Assembly (NCBI GenBank): GCA_015069505.1
Contig: SVIL01000001.1
Coordinates: forward strand, 12,320-76,319
Origin: Clostridiales bacterium
Lineage (GTDB): Bacteria > Bacillota > Clostridia > Christensenellales > Borkfalkiaceae
Reading direction: 5' to 3'
Length of the DNA: 64,000 bases
In this document: positions 35,409 through 44,057 of the stretch, one piece after another
How the letters are laid out: the number at the start of each line of letters is the position of its first letter
Numbering within the stretch: position 1 is the first letter of the stretch
Position numbers and translations under genes: made by a program
The notes under the pieces: model-generated
The model's database searches: none
Seen by the model: only the letters and a program-made list of their open reading frames with translations
Told to the model about the DNA's origin: nothing

Positions 35409-36035
35409 ATGACCAAGAAAATGGCAAAAAGGATAGTAGAGATATTATCCAAGCGTTTTACGGACAAGCCCGCCCTAAAATTTTCCACACCATTTGAACT
35501 GCTTATTGCGGTTATTCTTTCCGCACAATGCACGGACGAGCGTGTGAATAAAGTTACTGCGGTTTTGTTTGAAAATTACAATACGCCCGAAAAGTTGGTT
35601 ACGCTAACTGAACGAGAACTTGAATCTTATATATTTTCTTGCGGGTTATATAAGTCTAAGGCAAAGCACATACTTTCCGCTTGTAAGGATATTATTGATA
35701 AGTTTAACGGCGAAGTACCTTGTACGTTAGAGGACTTGCGTTCGCTTGCGGGGGTAGGCAGAAAAACCGCAAACGTGGTTTATAGCGTGGCTTTCGGCGG
35801 TGATGCCATTGCGGTCGATACCCACGTGTTCAGGGTCGCAAATCGCATAGGGCTAACGAGTGCGGAAAACGAATTAAATACCGAAAAGGGGCTTATGGAA
35901 ATTCTTGATAGGTCGGACTGGTCAAGGGCACATCATTATCTTATATACCTTGGCAGAAGTTTTTGCAGTGCAAGAAAACCCGATTGTGAAAATTGCCCCG
36001 TTAAAGAATATTGTTCAAAATTAATAAAAAGGTGA
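35409..36035 (+). CDS. nth: Endonuclease III
   Basis: The HhH-GPD region reads LAGVGRKTANVV, followed by DTHVFRV and the 4Fe-4S cluster motif C..ARKPDCENCPVKEYC. Confidence 0.9.
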   Translation: MTKKMAKRIVEILSKRFTDKPALKFSTPFELLIAVILSAQCTDERVNKVTAVLFENYNTPEKLVTLTERELESYIFSCGLYKSKAKHILSACKDIIDKFNGEVPCTLEDLRSLAGVGRKTANVVYSVAFGGDAIAVDTHVFRVANRIGLTSAENELNTEKGLMEILDRSDWSRAHHYLIYLGRSFCSARKPDCENCPVKEYCSKLIKR

Positions 36036-36038
36036 AGT

Positions 36039-37301
36039 ATGTTTATAGACAGAGCGTTGATAACTATAAAAGCAGGTGACGGCGGAAACGGAATAACCTC
36101 TTTTATACATTATAAGGGTAAAGTATCGGGTGGCCCCGACGGCGGTGACGGTGGAAAGGGCGGAGACGTAATCTTCGTTGCGGACAGGCACTTGTCAAGC
36201 CTTGCGGACTATTACTATAAGACTAAGTACGTTGCAGAAAACGGTGGTAACGGTGAGCCGAAAAACTGTTTTGGTAAATCGGGCAAAGATATCGTCTTAA
36301 AAGTACCGCTCGGCACTATCGTTAGGGATAAAGAGTCGGGCGGAATTATCGCCGATATGTTTAGCGAAGGTCAAACGGTTACCGTCTTGACGGGCGGTGA
36401 CGGTGGAAAGGGTAACGCAAGGTTTACGTCGTCACGTAGGCACGCCCCACACTTTTCACAAACGGGTGAAAAGACCGAGGCGAAAAAGGTGCTTTTAGAA
36501 CTTAAAACCATTGCGGACGTAGGGCTTGTAGGATTTCCAAACGTGGGTAAGTCCACTCTTCTTTCAAAGATAACCAAGGCAAGACCAAAGATTGCAAACT
36601 ATCATTTTACGACCTTGTCGCCAAACCTTGGCGTTTGCCAAACTTACGACAAGCAGTTTACCATTGCGGATATCCCCGGGCTTATTGAGGGTGCGTCCGA
36701 CGGTGCGGGACTTGGCATTGAGTTTTTAAGGCATATTGAAAGGACTAGGATGTTAGTTCACGTCATAGACGTTTCGGGCGTAGAGGGCAGGGACCCTTAC
36801 GACGATTATCTTAAAATAAACGAAGAACTTAAAAAGTACAGTCCGCTTCTTGCTAAGTTAAAGCAGATTATCGTGGCTAATAAGTGTGATATCTACGGGG
36901 CGGAAGAAAACTTAGTTAAGTTAAAGGAAAAGATAGGCAGAAAACACAAGATAGTAAAAATCAGTGCAATAACGGGCGAGGGTACGGACAAACTTAAAGA
37001 AGAAGTTATGAAGGTACTTGATAAACTTCCACCCGTTAAGCCGTTAGAGTTTGAGGAATTTAAGTACGTTAAACCTGAAAAACTCGGTTATGAAATCTTT
37101 AAGGAAGGCGAAACCTACGTGCTTGTGGGTAGCCTTATCGACGTGCTTAAACGTAACGTCGTGCTTGACGATATGGATTCGCTTGCATACATGCACAAGG
37201 TCTTGCGTGACAGGGGGATTATCGACGAACTTAGAAAGATGGGTGCTACGGATAAGTCCACCATTATTATCGGCGACGAAGAATTTGAATTTGTAGATTA
37301 G
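36039..37301 (+). CDS. obg: GTPase Obg/CgtA
   Basis: MFIDRALITIKAGDGGNG is followed by a Gly-rich Obg fold, then GFPNVGKSTLL, DIPGLIEGA and NKCD. Confidence 0.95.
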   Translation: MFIDRALITIKAGDGGNGITSFIHYKGKVSGGPDGGDGGKGGDVIFVADRHLSSLADYYYKTKYVAENGGNGEPKNCFGKSGKDIVLKVPLGTIVRDKESGGIIADMFSEGQTVTVLTGGDGGKGNARFTSSRRHAPHFSQTGEKTEAKKVLLELKTIADVGLVGFPNVGKSTLLSKITKARPKIANYHFTTLSPNLGVCQTYDKQFTIADIPGLIEGASDGAGLGIEFLRHIERTRMLVHVIDVSGVEGRDPYDDYLKINEELKKYSPLLAKLKQIIVANKCDIYGAEENLVKLKEKIGRKHKIVKISAITGEGTDKLKEEVMKVLDKLPPVKPLEFEEFKYVKPEKLGYEIFKEGETYVLVGSLIDVLKRNVVLDDMDSLAYMHKVLRDRGIIDELRKMGATDKSTIIIGDEEFEFVD

Positions 37302-37313
37302 GGGGGGTAGAAC

Positions 37314-37607
37314 ATGTTGACTTCAAAACAGAGAAGTAATTTAAGGTCTTACGCATCGAATATTGAACCGATTACGCAGGTCGGGAAATTAGGCGTAAAC
37401 GAAAGCCTTATCGAAAGTCTTGATAAGGCGATAGAAAAAAGAGAACTTATTAAGGTGACCGTCTTGGAAAATTCTGGGCTTGAACCGAAAGAAGCGGGGT
37501 TTGAAATCGCTGAACTTCTAAAAGCAGAATTTGTTTGTGCTACGGGTAGAAAACTCGTTTTTTACCGCAAGAGTAAAAGCGACAAGGTTACGCACATTGA
37601 GTTTTAA
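37314..37607 (+). CDS. yhbY: Ribosome-assembly RNA-binding protein YhbY (CRM domain)
   Basis: LTSKQRSNLRSYASNIEPITQVGKLGVNESLIESLDKAIEKRELIKV matches the family. Confidence 0.85.
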   Translation: MLTSKQRSNLRSYASNIEPITQVGKLGVNESLIESLDKAIEKRELIKVTVLENSGLEPKEAGFEIAELLKAEFVCATGRKLVFYRKSKSDKVTHIEF

Positions 37608-38380
37608 TCGGGTTGTTTTTTAACGAACAGCATAACGCAAACGGCAAAGATAACCAAAGCACTACCGCTTATAAGATAGTAAAGTTTAAGTGGTACGAAT
37701 AGACTTAAAGCCATAAAGAATCCGCCGAGGGCAAGGAACTTTACGGCTTTTTTTCTATCCAAAAACTGTGAAAGTTTTGCCTTTTTTTGGTCGATAAATT
37801 CCACGTCTATATCAGACGTATCCACTAATAAGTTTGCACGGCTTAGCAGATTATAAACTTCTAAATAATCTTGTATTTTTATTCTGCCCTTAAACCGTTT
37901 TGCAAACTCTTGAACGGGAAGCGGGGCTTCAAAACAATAAATTACGGCGTTTGCTTTTTCGCTAAGTCGGTTAAACGCCTTGACCACGTCCGTCTTGGAA
38001 AGCCCGTCAAAACCAAATATAAAAAAACACGTCTCGCCACTTTGGTTAAGGTATATGTTATATCCCTTTTTTTCGGGGGATAGATTAAGGGCTTCAAAGG
38101 CTTTATAAAAAAGGTTACGCACGGCTTCTTTTTTCATAAAGCACAGTTTAGTGCCTACTTTTAGTGCGGTTTTTGAACTCTCGTTTTTTATAAAAATTTT
38201 CTTTTCCTTTTCTAATCCGTGCTTAAAGATTGCTAATCCTGACAGTAGTGATAGCGTTACGGATATGCAAAGTGCTATTTTTTTGGGTGTAAAGTATATA
38301 AAAATAACCGTGAAAAAGAATAGGCAAATAAAGACGGATAAGATTGCGTTAAATAAAGATTTTAGGTAAAGTTTTTTCAT
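37604..38380 (-). CDS. Hypothetical membrane protein (2 N-terminal TM, a soluble domain of about 150 aa, 2 C-terminal TM)
   Basis: The start was chosen at MKKLYLKS (38380); the track's TTG is at 38410. It lies on the opposite strand inside the otherwise conserved obg-yhbY-nadD-yqeK-rsfS cluster. Confidence 0.55.
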   Translation of the reverse strand: MKKLYLKSLFNAILSVFICLFFFTVIFIYFTPKKIALCISVTLSLLSGLAIFKHGLEKEKKIFIKNESSKTALKVGTKLCFMKKEAVRNLFYKAFEALNLSPEKKGYNIYLNQSGETCFFIFGFDGLSKTDVVKAFNRLSEKANAVIYCFEAPLPVQEFAKRFKGRIKIQDYLEVYNLLSRANLLVDTSDIDVEFIDQKKAKLSQFLDRKKAVKFLALGGFFMALSLFVPLKLYYLISGSALVIFAVCVMLFVKKQPD

Positions 38381-38474
38381 AGCGATTTCCTTTTTTAAGA
38401 TTATTGACAAAAAGTAAAAAAATCATACGAAAAAAACTATTGATTTTATTTTAAAAATGTGCAATAATACGAGT

Positions 38475-39602
38475 ATGAGAAAAATCGCGGTTTTTGGGGG
38501 GACGTTTAACCCCGTACATATCGAACACGTAAGGCTTGCCGAGATAGCGGTAAAAGAGCTGGGGCTTGATAAAATTATAATTATGCCCACCTTTATTCCG
38601 CCACACAAGTCGGTCGTGCCCGCCCCCGCAAACCATAGAATTGCGATGCTTAAAATCGCCTTTTCAAATATTCCCGAGGTCGAAATTTCCGATTACGAGG
38701 TGGTAAAACAAGGCAAAAGTTATACCTATCTTACTATGGAATATTTTAGGGGCGTTTACCCCGATGCCGAACTTTATTTTATAGTCGGTGGGGATATGCT
38801 TAACGACTTTAAGACGTGGAAGCACCCTGAAAAAATCTTGTCCGCTTGCACGGTCGCAACCTTTGGTAGAGAGGACTATTTCAACGATTATTCAAGGGAA
38901 AAAGAGTATTTTTTAAGTGAGTGGGGAAAGTCCTTCGTTAAGATAAACTACGTCGGCAAATCCTTTTCGTCAACAAAGATAAGGGTGTATTCGGCGTTTT
39001 CTTTGCCGCTTATAGGTTTAGTGCCTACGGGGGTAGAAGAATATATCAAGGCGAACGCCCTTTATACGGGTGATAGATATACCGAGTACGTTAAAGGTGT
39101 GTTGCCACCCAAACGGCTTAGGCACACGGCGAACGTGGTTATAACCGCTTTGCAAAAGGTAAAAGAACTGTCTCTTGACGAGGAAAAGGTTAGAATCGCC
39201 GCCACCTTGCACGACGTTGCAAAGTACCTTGATAAAGATGTGTTTAAGGATTTTTCTATGCCGATAGACGTTCCCAAACCCGTTGAGCACGCTTTCTTAG
39301 GGGCTTTCGTCGCGGAAAAGGTGATGGGGATTACGGACGAAGATATTATAGACGCAATAAGATTCCATACGTCGGGTAAGCCGAATATGAGCGTTTTAGC
39401 AAAACTTATATTCGTTGCGGATATGATTGAAGAAGATAGGGATTACGAAGGGGTAGAGTACCTTAGAAGCCTTTATGAAAAGGAGGATTTTGAAAAGTGC
39501 TTTACCGAGTGCTTGAAAGAGGAAGTAATTCACCTTTTGAACAAGAAAAGTTATATATATAAGTCCACGCTTGATGCGTACGACTATTATTGTAAAAAAT
39601 AA
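38475..39602 (+). CDS. nadD: Fusion of nicotinate-nucleotide adenylyltransferase (NadD) with a YqeK-type HD phosphohydrolase
   Basis: The N-terminus MRKIAVFGGTFNPVHIEH...GGDML matches NadD. The C-terminus RLRHTANVV...AATLHDVAKY...RFHTSGK...FVADMIE matches YqeK. It is a single uninterrupted frame. Confidence 0.85.
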   Translation: MRKIAVFGGTFNPVHIEHVRLAEIAVKELGLDKIIIMPTFIPPHKSVVPAPANHRIAMLKIAFSNIPEVEISDYEVVKQGKSYTYLTMEYFRGVYPDAELYFIVGGDMLNDFKTWKHPEKILSACTVATFGREDYFNDYSREKEYFLSEWGKSFVKINYVGKSFSSTKIRVYSAFSLPLIGLVPTGVEEYIKANALYTGDRYTEYVKGVLPPKRLRHTANVVITALQKVKELSLDEEKVRIAATLHDVAKYLDKDVFKDFSMPIDVPKPVEHAFLGAFVAEKVMGITDEDIIDAIRFHTSGKPNMSVLAKLIFVADMIEEDRDYEGVEYLRSLYEKEDFEKCFTECLKEEVIHLLNKKSYIYKSTLDAYDYYCKK

Positions 39603-39620
39603 ATTATGGAAGGAATTAAA

Positions 39621-39962
39621 ATGGATTCAAAAACTTTTAGTCAAAAAATTTGCAAGATTTTAGATAATCATAAAGCAGAAGACATCGTAAGTATTGACGT
39701 TACGGGCAAGACCGAAGTTACCGACTTTTTCGTTATAGCCGGCGGTAGGTCGATGACTCATACGAGGGCGTTAATCGAACTGCTTGAAGAAGAACTTGAC
39801 AAGGAAGGTTTTGCACCTATCCGTCGTGAAGGCGTTAAAGAGGGTAGATGGGCAGTGCTTGATTACGGCGACGTAGTCGTGCATATCTTTAACGACGAAT
39901 CGAGGCTTTTCTATCACCTTGAAAGCCTTTGGGACGACGGCAAAAACGTAACCAAGTTTTAA
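39621..39962 (+). CDS. rsfS: Ribosome silencing factor RsfS
   Basis: DHKAEDIVSIDV...TDFFVIAGGRSMTHTRAL...WAVLDYGDVVVHIF matches RsfS. ATG 39621 follows GGAAGGA. Confidence 0.9.
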   Translation: MDSKTFSQKICKILDNHKAEDIVSIDVTGKTEVTDFFVIAGGRSMTHTRALIELLEEELDKEGFAPIRREGVKEGRWAVLDYGDVVVHIFNDESRLFYHLESLWDDGKNVTKF

Positions 39963-40216
39963 GAGGATTTTCTGACGTATATTCTATCGATTTCGTCAGG
40001 GTTAATTTCAATACTTTTGGAAGTTTGCGTGTTTTTGGGGTTAGTCGGTTTTTTTGGAGCAGTCGCCTTTTGTCGTTTGGGGGAAGGTTTATCTGTTTTA
40101 ATAAGGCTTTTAAGATAGGATACGACCAACTTAAAACCTATCACGCAAAATAGACATAGAAAGAATAGTATCAGCGTAAAAATAAACCCAAAAAATGCAG
40201 AAGTTATATGATTCAT
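39959..40216 (-). CDS. Hypothetical small membrane-anchored protein with a Lys/Pro-rich tail
   Basis: It has an AAAGGTGA ribosome-binding site, one TM segment and KPSPKRQKATAPKKPTNPK. Its stop overlaps the rsfS stop (convergent, TTAA). Confidence 0.5.
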   Translation of the reverse strand: MNHITSAFFGFIFTLILFFLCLFCVIGFKLVVSYLKSLIKTDKPSPKRQKATAPKKPTNPKNTQTSKSIEINPDEIDRIYVRKSS

Positions 40217-40325
40217 ATATTCACCTTTTGGGCTAATTATAAGTTAAAAGCAAGGTTAAAAACTGAAAGTATTTGTAGATTAATCACATTTTTTGAAAGA
40301 ATATTTTTTAAGTAGGAGGTTTTTT

Positions 40326-41039
40326 ATGGCATTTTTGAACGAAAACGCAGGGGTTGTAACCCTTATAATAGGAATATTCGTAGTTGCAGGGCTTGTCGCT
40401 ACGCTTTACTTTTTACTTGATATGCGTAGAAAGTTGGCGGTGCAAAAGGTCAAGTTTTTGGGGCTTAACGGCGTGGATTACGAAGGCAGAAAGGTCTTTG
40501 CAAAAATTGTAGTCGGAAACAAGTCTGTAAACGACGTAAGTTTGGTTGAGTTGGGCGTTAAAAACGGCAAGGTTAGTTTTAATCTTACACCCTTATATAA
40601 TTCTAAGAAAGGTGTGGCTATCGGTGAGAAAATAGTAATGGAACAAAGAAGCGTAGTAACGCTTAGGTTAGAAGAAGCCGAACTTAAAAAACTCTTCGTC
40701 TTAAACAAAAAAGGCGTTAAGGTGGTCGGGCAAATCCGTGCGTATGCGATAGATTCTACGGGCAACCTTTTTAAGGGTAGGCTTTTTGAGGTTGAAAGGC
40801 TTGTTAAGTCGCTTATTAAACAGGAAAACGGCGGAGACGCAAGTTACGTAAACAACCTTTTTGCAAAGAAGGAAGAGGAAATTAACCAAGAAACCAAAGT
40901 CGTTTTGCCCGAACCCGAAAAGGTAGAGAGTGTTGATAAACCGCAAGAGGAAGTTAAAGATTCTACACCTAAGACGGACGAAGTTAAGGCGAACGAGGAA
41001 GGCAAAACCGAAAAAGAGGAAAATTTATTAAAGCAATAG
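40326..41039 (+). CDS. Hypothetical membrane-anchored protein with an acidic/Lys-rich C-terminus
   Basis: ATG 40326 follows TAGGAGG. There is one N-terminal TM segment (VVTLIIGIFVVAGLVATLYFLL). Confidence 0.55.
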   Translation: MAFLNENAGVVTLIIGIFVVAGLVATLYFLLDMRRKLAVQKVKFLGLNGVDYEGRKVFAKIVVGNKSVNDVSLVELGVKNGKVSFNLTPLYNSKKGVAIGEKIVMEQRSVVTLRLEEAELKKLFVLNKKGVKVVGQIRAYAIDSTGNLFKGRLFEVERLVKSLIKQENGGDASYVNNLFAKKEEEINQETKVVLPEPEKVESVDKPQEEVKDSTPKTDEVKANEEGKTEKEENLLKQ

Positions 41040-41097
41040 GCGTAAAAGGTTGCTAAATGCTTTACAAAAAAAGTAAAGGGTATTAAAATAAAAATAT

Positions 41098-41212
41098 AAA
41101 TCTTTGGGGCGGGGTGAAATTCCCCACCGGCAGTATAGTCTGCGAGCCGTTTTTTCGGCAAGATTCGGTGAGATTCCGAAACCGACGGTAAAGTCCGGAT
41201 AGGAAAAGATGA
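41098..41212 (+). promoter_or_regulatory. FMN riboswitch (RFN element) aptamer
   Basis: UCUUUGGGGCGGGGUGAAAUUCCCCACCGGCAGUAUAGUCUGCGAGCC...GGUGAGAUUCCGAAACCGACGGUAAAGUCCGGAUAGGAAAAGAUG matches the RFN consensus. Confidence 0.9.
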
Positions 41213-41250
41213 AATTGATTGCTTAGATATTTTAAGTCGTTAGATTTTTT

Positions 41251-41280
41251 ACGCCCCGATAAATCATAGGGGCGTTTTTT
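41251..41280 (+). terminator. FMN riboswitch terminator (expression platform)
   Basis: ACGCCCC / GGGGCGT followed by TTTTTT, ending directly at the ribU ATG. Confidence 0.75.
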
Positions 41281-41907
41281 ATGAAAGAAGAAGGCAACAA
41301 GATAATTGACGTAGAGACCGTTGTTGATAGGAAAGATGACGGTAAAAAAAGTAGTGGCGTTCGTTCGTCGGTATTTTCCACGCGGGCAATGGCGGGTATG
41401 GCGATTTTCGCCGCATTAAGTTACGGCGTATCGTTTTTGGAATTTTCGGTTTTTCCAACCTCTGCGGTGTTCTTTTTGAAACTGGACTTTTCAAACGTGT
41501 TTATAATGCTTGCGGGGTTTATGTACGGTCCGCTTGCGGCGTTGTTCGTAGGGATAATAAAGGAACTTTTGTGTTTGATAGGCAGTAGTACGTTTGGCGT
41601 AGGGCAGATTGCAAACGCCTTCGTTATATTAGTTTACGTTATCCCACCGTCGATAGTATATCTTAAATACAAGGGCATAAAATCGGTCGTTCTATCCCTT
41701 TTCGTTGCGTGCGTATTGCAAACGGTTACGGCACTTTTGGTCAATAGGTTTATAACCTTTCCGCTATACGGCATGGCAGAGGCTTTTGCACCTGCGTTTT
41801 GGCTTATAGTTGCGTTTAACGTCATCAAGTCCGTATCCGTAAGCCTTTTAACTTTGCTGCTATATAAGCGTATATCTTACGTATTTGAACGAATAAATAT
41901 TAGGTAG
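41281..41907 (+). CDS. ribU: Riboflavin transporter RibU (ECF S-component)
   Basis: It lies immediately downstream of the FMN riboswitch. It is a polytopic membrane protein of 208 aa. Confidence 0.78.
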   Translation: MKEEGNKIIDVETVVDRKDDGKKSSGVRSSVFSTRAMAGMAIFAALSYGVSFLEFSVFPTSAVFFLKLDFSNVFIMLAGFMYGPLAALFVGIIKELLCLIGSSTFGVGQIANAFVILVYVIPPSIVYLKYKGIKSVVLSLFVACVLQTVTALLVNRFITFPLYGMAEAFAPAFWLIVAFNVIKSVSVSLLTLLLYKRISYVFERINIR

Positions 41908-41910
41908 TTT

Positions 41911-42306
41911 ATGGAATACTTATCAAAGAGTGCTAATCAAACTGAAAACATAGCCAAGGAGTTTGCCAAGACCCTAAAAAAGGGGGACGTGGTGCTTTTG
42001 AGCGGTGATATGGGTGCGGGCAAGACCGTCTTTGTAAAAGGGGTGTGCAAACACTTTGATTTGGACGGGGTTACCAGCCCTACTTACGCATACCTAAACG
42101 TTTACGGCGATTTTATTTATCATTACGACTGTTATAGGTTATCGTGCGGGGAAGACGCTGAAAGGCTTGGTCTTACCGATTACTTTAACGGTGATAATAT
42201 CTGTATTATAGAGTGGTCTGAAAACATTGAGGACGCATTGCCAGAAAACTGTAAAAGGGTAACCATACAAAAAACTTCGGTTAACGAAAGGAAGATTATT
42301 TTATGA
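41911..42306 (+). CDS. tsaE: tRNA t6A biosynthesis ATPase TsaE
   Basis: LSGDMGAGKT is the P-loop, with PTYAYLNVY and IIEW also present. Confidence 0.88.
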   Translation: MEYLSKSANQTENIAKEFAKTLKKGDVVLLSGDMGAGKTVFVKGVCKHFDLDGVTSPTYAYLNVYGDFIYHYDCYRLSCGEDAERLGLTDYFNGDNICIIEWSENIEDALPENCKRVTIQKTSVNERKIIL

Positions 42307-42911
42307 ACTATCTTGCAATAGATACTTGTGGAAGGAATTTAACCGTGCTTTTGTCCAAAGACGGCAAGGACAGTTTGTATTTTGACCCCGATTGCGGGGT
42401 TAACCATTCCACCCAAATTATGTGTCGGGTTGAAGACATAATATCTTCATCAAACGTGGACCTAAACGACATTGATTTTTTTGCCGTAGTGGTGGGTGCA
42501 GGCTCTTTTACGGGCATAAGAATAGGCGTTGCTACGATAAAGGCGATGTGCTTTGCGTACGGAAAACCTTGCTTATCAATAACTTCGTTCGATACCTTGG
42601 CATATAATAAACCGAGCGGTAACGTTTTGGCGGTCATTGACGCTAAGCACGGAAGTTGTTACGTTTCGGGCTATACCGACCTTGAAAATTCCTACCCGCC
42701 CTCGTTCGTGGATAAGAGTGTGGTTAAGGACCTTTCTAAAACATATACACTCGTGTCCTTTGAGAAGATTAGCGATTTGGACGTGGAAGTGGTAAGCGTT
42801 GCAGACGGGCTTAAAAGGGCTGTGGAAAGGCAGTCGGATATGGCAACGTTTAACCTTGACGAAATCGTTCCCTTGTACATAAGAAAAAGTCAGGCGGAAG
42901 AAGGGCGATGA
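42303..42911 (+). CDS. tsaB: tRNA t6A biosynthesis protein TsaB
   Basis: LAIDTCG...VVVGAGSFTGIRIGVATIKAM matches TsaB. The start overlaps the tsaE stop (ATGA). Confidence 0.85.
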   Translation: MNYLAIDTCGRNLTVLLSKDGKDSLYFDPDCGVNHSTQIMCRVEDIISSSNVDLNDIDFFAVVVGAGSFTGIRIGVATIKAMCFAYGKPCLSITSFDTLAYNKPSGNVLAVIDAKHGSCYVSGYTDLENSYPPSFVDKSVVKDLSKTYTLVSFEKISDLDVEVVSVADGLKRAVERQSDMATFNLDEIVPLYIRKSQAEEGR

Positions 42912-43339
42912 CTATAAGAGAGTTTACCGTTCAAGATATAAAATCGGTTGTAGAATTGCAAAGTGGCAGTTTTAAGGACGGATGGAAGGAGAACATGTTA
43001 AAATCTGCGTTTGATACGGGTCGGGCGTTTGGGTTTTTATCCGTGCATAACGAAGGGGTAAGCGGTTACGTACTGCTTTCCGCTCTGCCACCCGAAGCCG
43101 ATTTGGAAACGGTGTTCGTAAAAGACGTGTTAAGGTCACAAGGCGTAGGCACGGCACTTTTAGAGAGTGCGTTTTTAGAGTGTAAAAATCGTGGCGTAGA
43201 AAAAGTCTTTCTTGAAGTAAGAGAAAGCAATTTAAACGCTATAAATTTATATAAAAAGTTTGGTTTTAAGCATCTTTCGGTGCGTAAAAAGTATTACCCC
43301 GACGGTGAAAACGCCTTGGTAATGCAAAAGGAGTTATAA
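42908..43339 (+). CDS. rimI: Ribosomal-protein-alanine N-acetyltransferase (GNAT)
   Basis: RSQGVGTALLE is the GNAT motif A. The gene sits after tsaE-tsaB, and its start overlaps the tsaB stop. Confidence 0.8.
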   Translation: MTIREFTVQDIKSVVELQSGSFKDGWKENMLKSAFDTGRAFGFLSVHNEGVSGYVLLSALPPEADLETVFVKDVLRSQGVGTALLESAFLECKNRGVEKVFLEVRESNLNAINLYKKFGFKHLSVRKKYYPDGENALVMQKEL

Positions 43340-43386
43340 AAATTAAAGACTTAGTTAATCGACCGATTACTAAGGATAAACCGCAT

Positions 43387-44055
43387 TTGTTGTTTTTACA
43401 CGGCTATCTTGCGGATAAAAAAAGTTTTTCATATCAATACCCGTTTTTTAGCAAGTACTTCAATATCCACGCCATAGACCTTAAAGGGTTTGGCGAAAAC
43501 AAGGGTATGCAGTACCCCTATTCGCTATCCGACTATTGTCGTGAGGTGAAAGAGTATATCGACAAAGAGGGATTAATACAGCCGTGTGTTATAGCACACT
43601 CTTTCGGCGGGCGTATCGCCATAAAACTTTCGGCAACCTATCCCGATTTATTTTCTAAGATGGTGCTTACGGGGGCGGCGGGTATTAAACCAAAGCGAAA
43701 GGTAAAGTATTTTATAAAAAAGATTGCGTTTTTTACGCTTAAACGGGTTTTGCCAAAGGAAAAACTGAAAGGGTTTTATTCAAAGGACTATCTTGCGTTA
43801 GACGAGATGATGAAAGGTAGTTTTTGCAAGATTGTAGGTGAGCATTTAGATTCTCTTTTGCCAAAAATCAGAACGCAAACCCTTATCGTTTTTGGGGATA
43901 GGGATACTGAAACACCGCCGTATATGGCAAAAAAACTAAACAAGGGCATAAAAAACAGTAAGGTTATTTTTCTAAAAGGGGCAGGGCATTTTTGCTTTAT
44001 AGATAGCCCTATAAAATTCAACGTGGAGGTCAGAGAGTTTTTGCTCTCAAAATAG
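43387..44055 (+). CDS. Alpha/beta hydrolase (start uncertain)
   Basis: LFLHGY is the oxyanion region, AHSFGG is the nucleophile elbow, and GAGHF is in the C-terminus. The frame is open from 43309. Confidence 0.7.
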   Translation: MLFLHGYLADKKSFSYQYPFFSKYFNIHAIDLKGFGENKGMQYPYSLSDYCREVKEYIDKEGLIQPCVIAHSFGGRIAIKLSATYPDLFSKMVLTGAAGIKPKRKVKYFIKKIAFFTLKRVLPKEKLKGFYSKDYLALDEMMKGSFCKIVGEHLDSLLPKIRTQTLIVFGDRDTETPPYMAKKLNKGIKNSKVIFLKGAGHFCFIDSPIKFNVEVREFLLSK

Positions 44056-44057
44056 CA

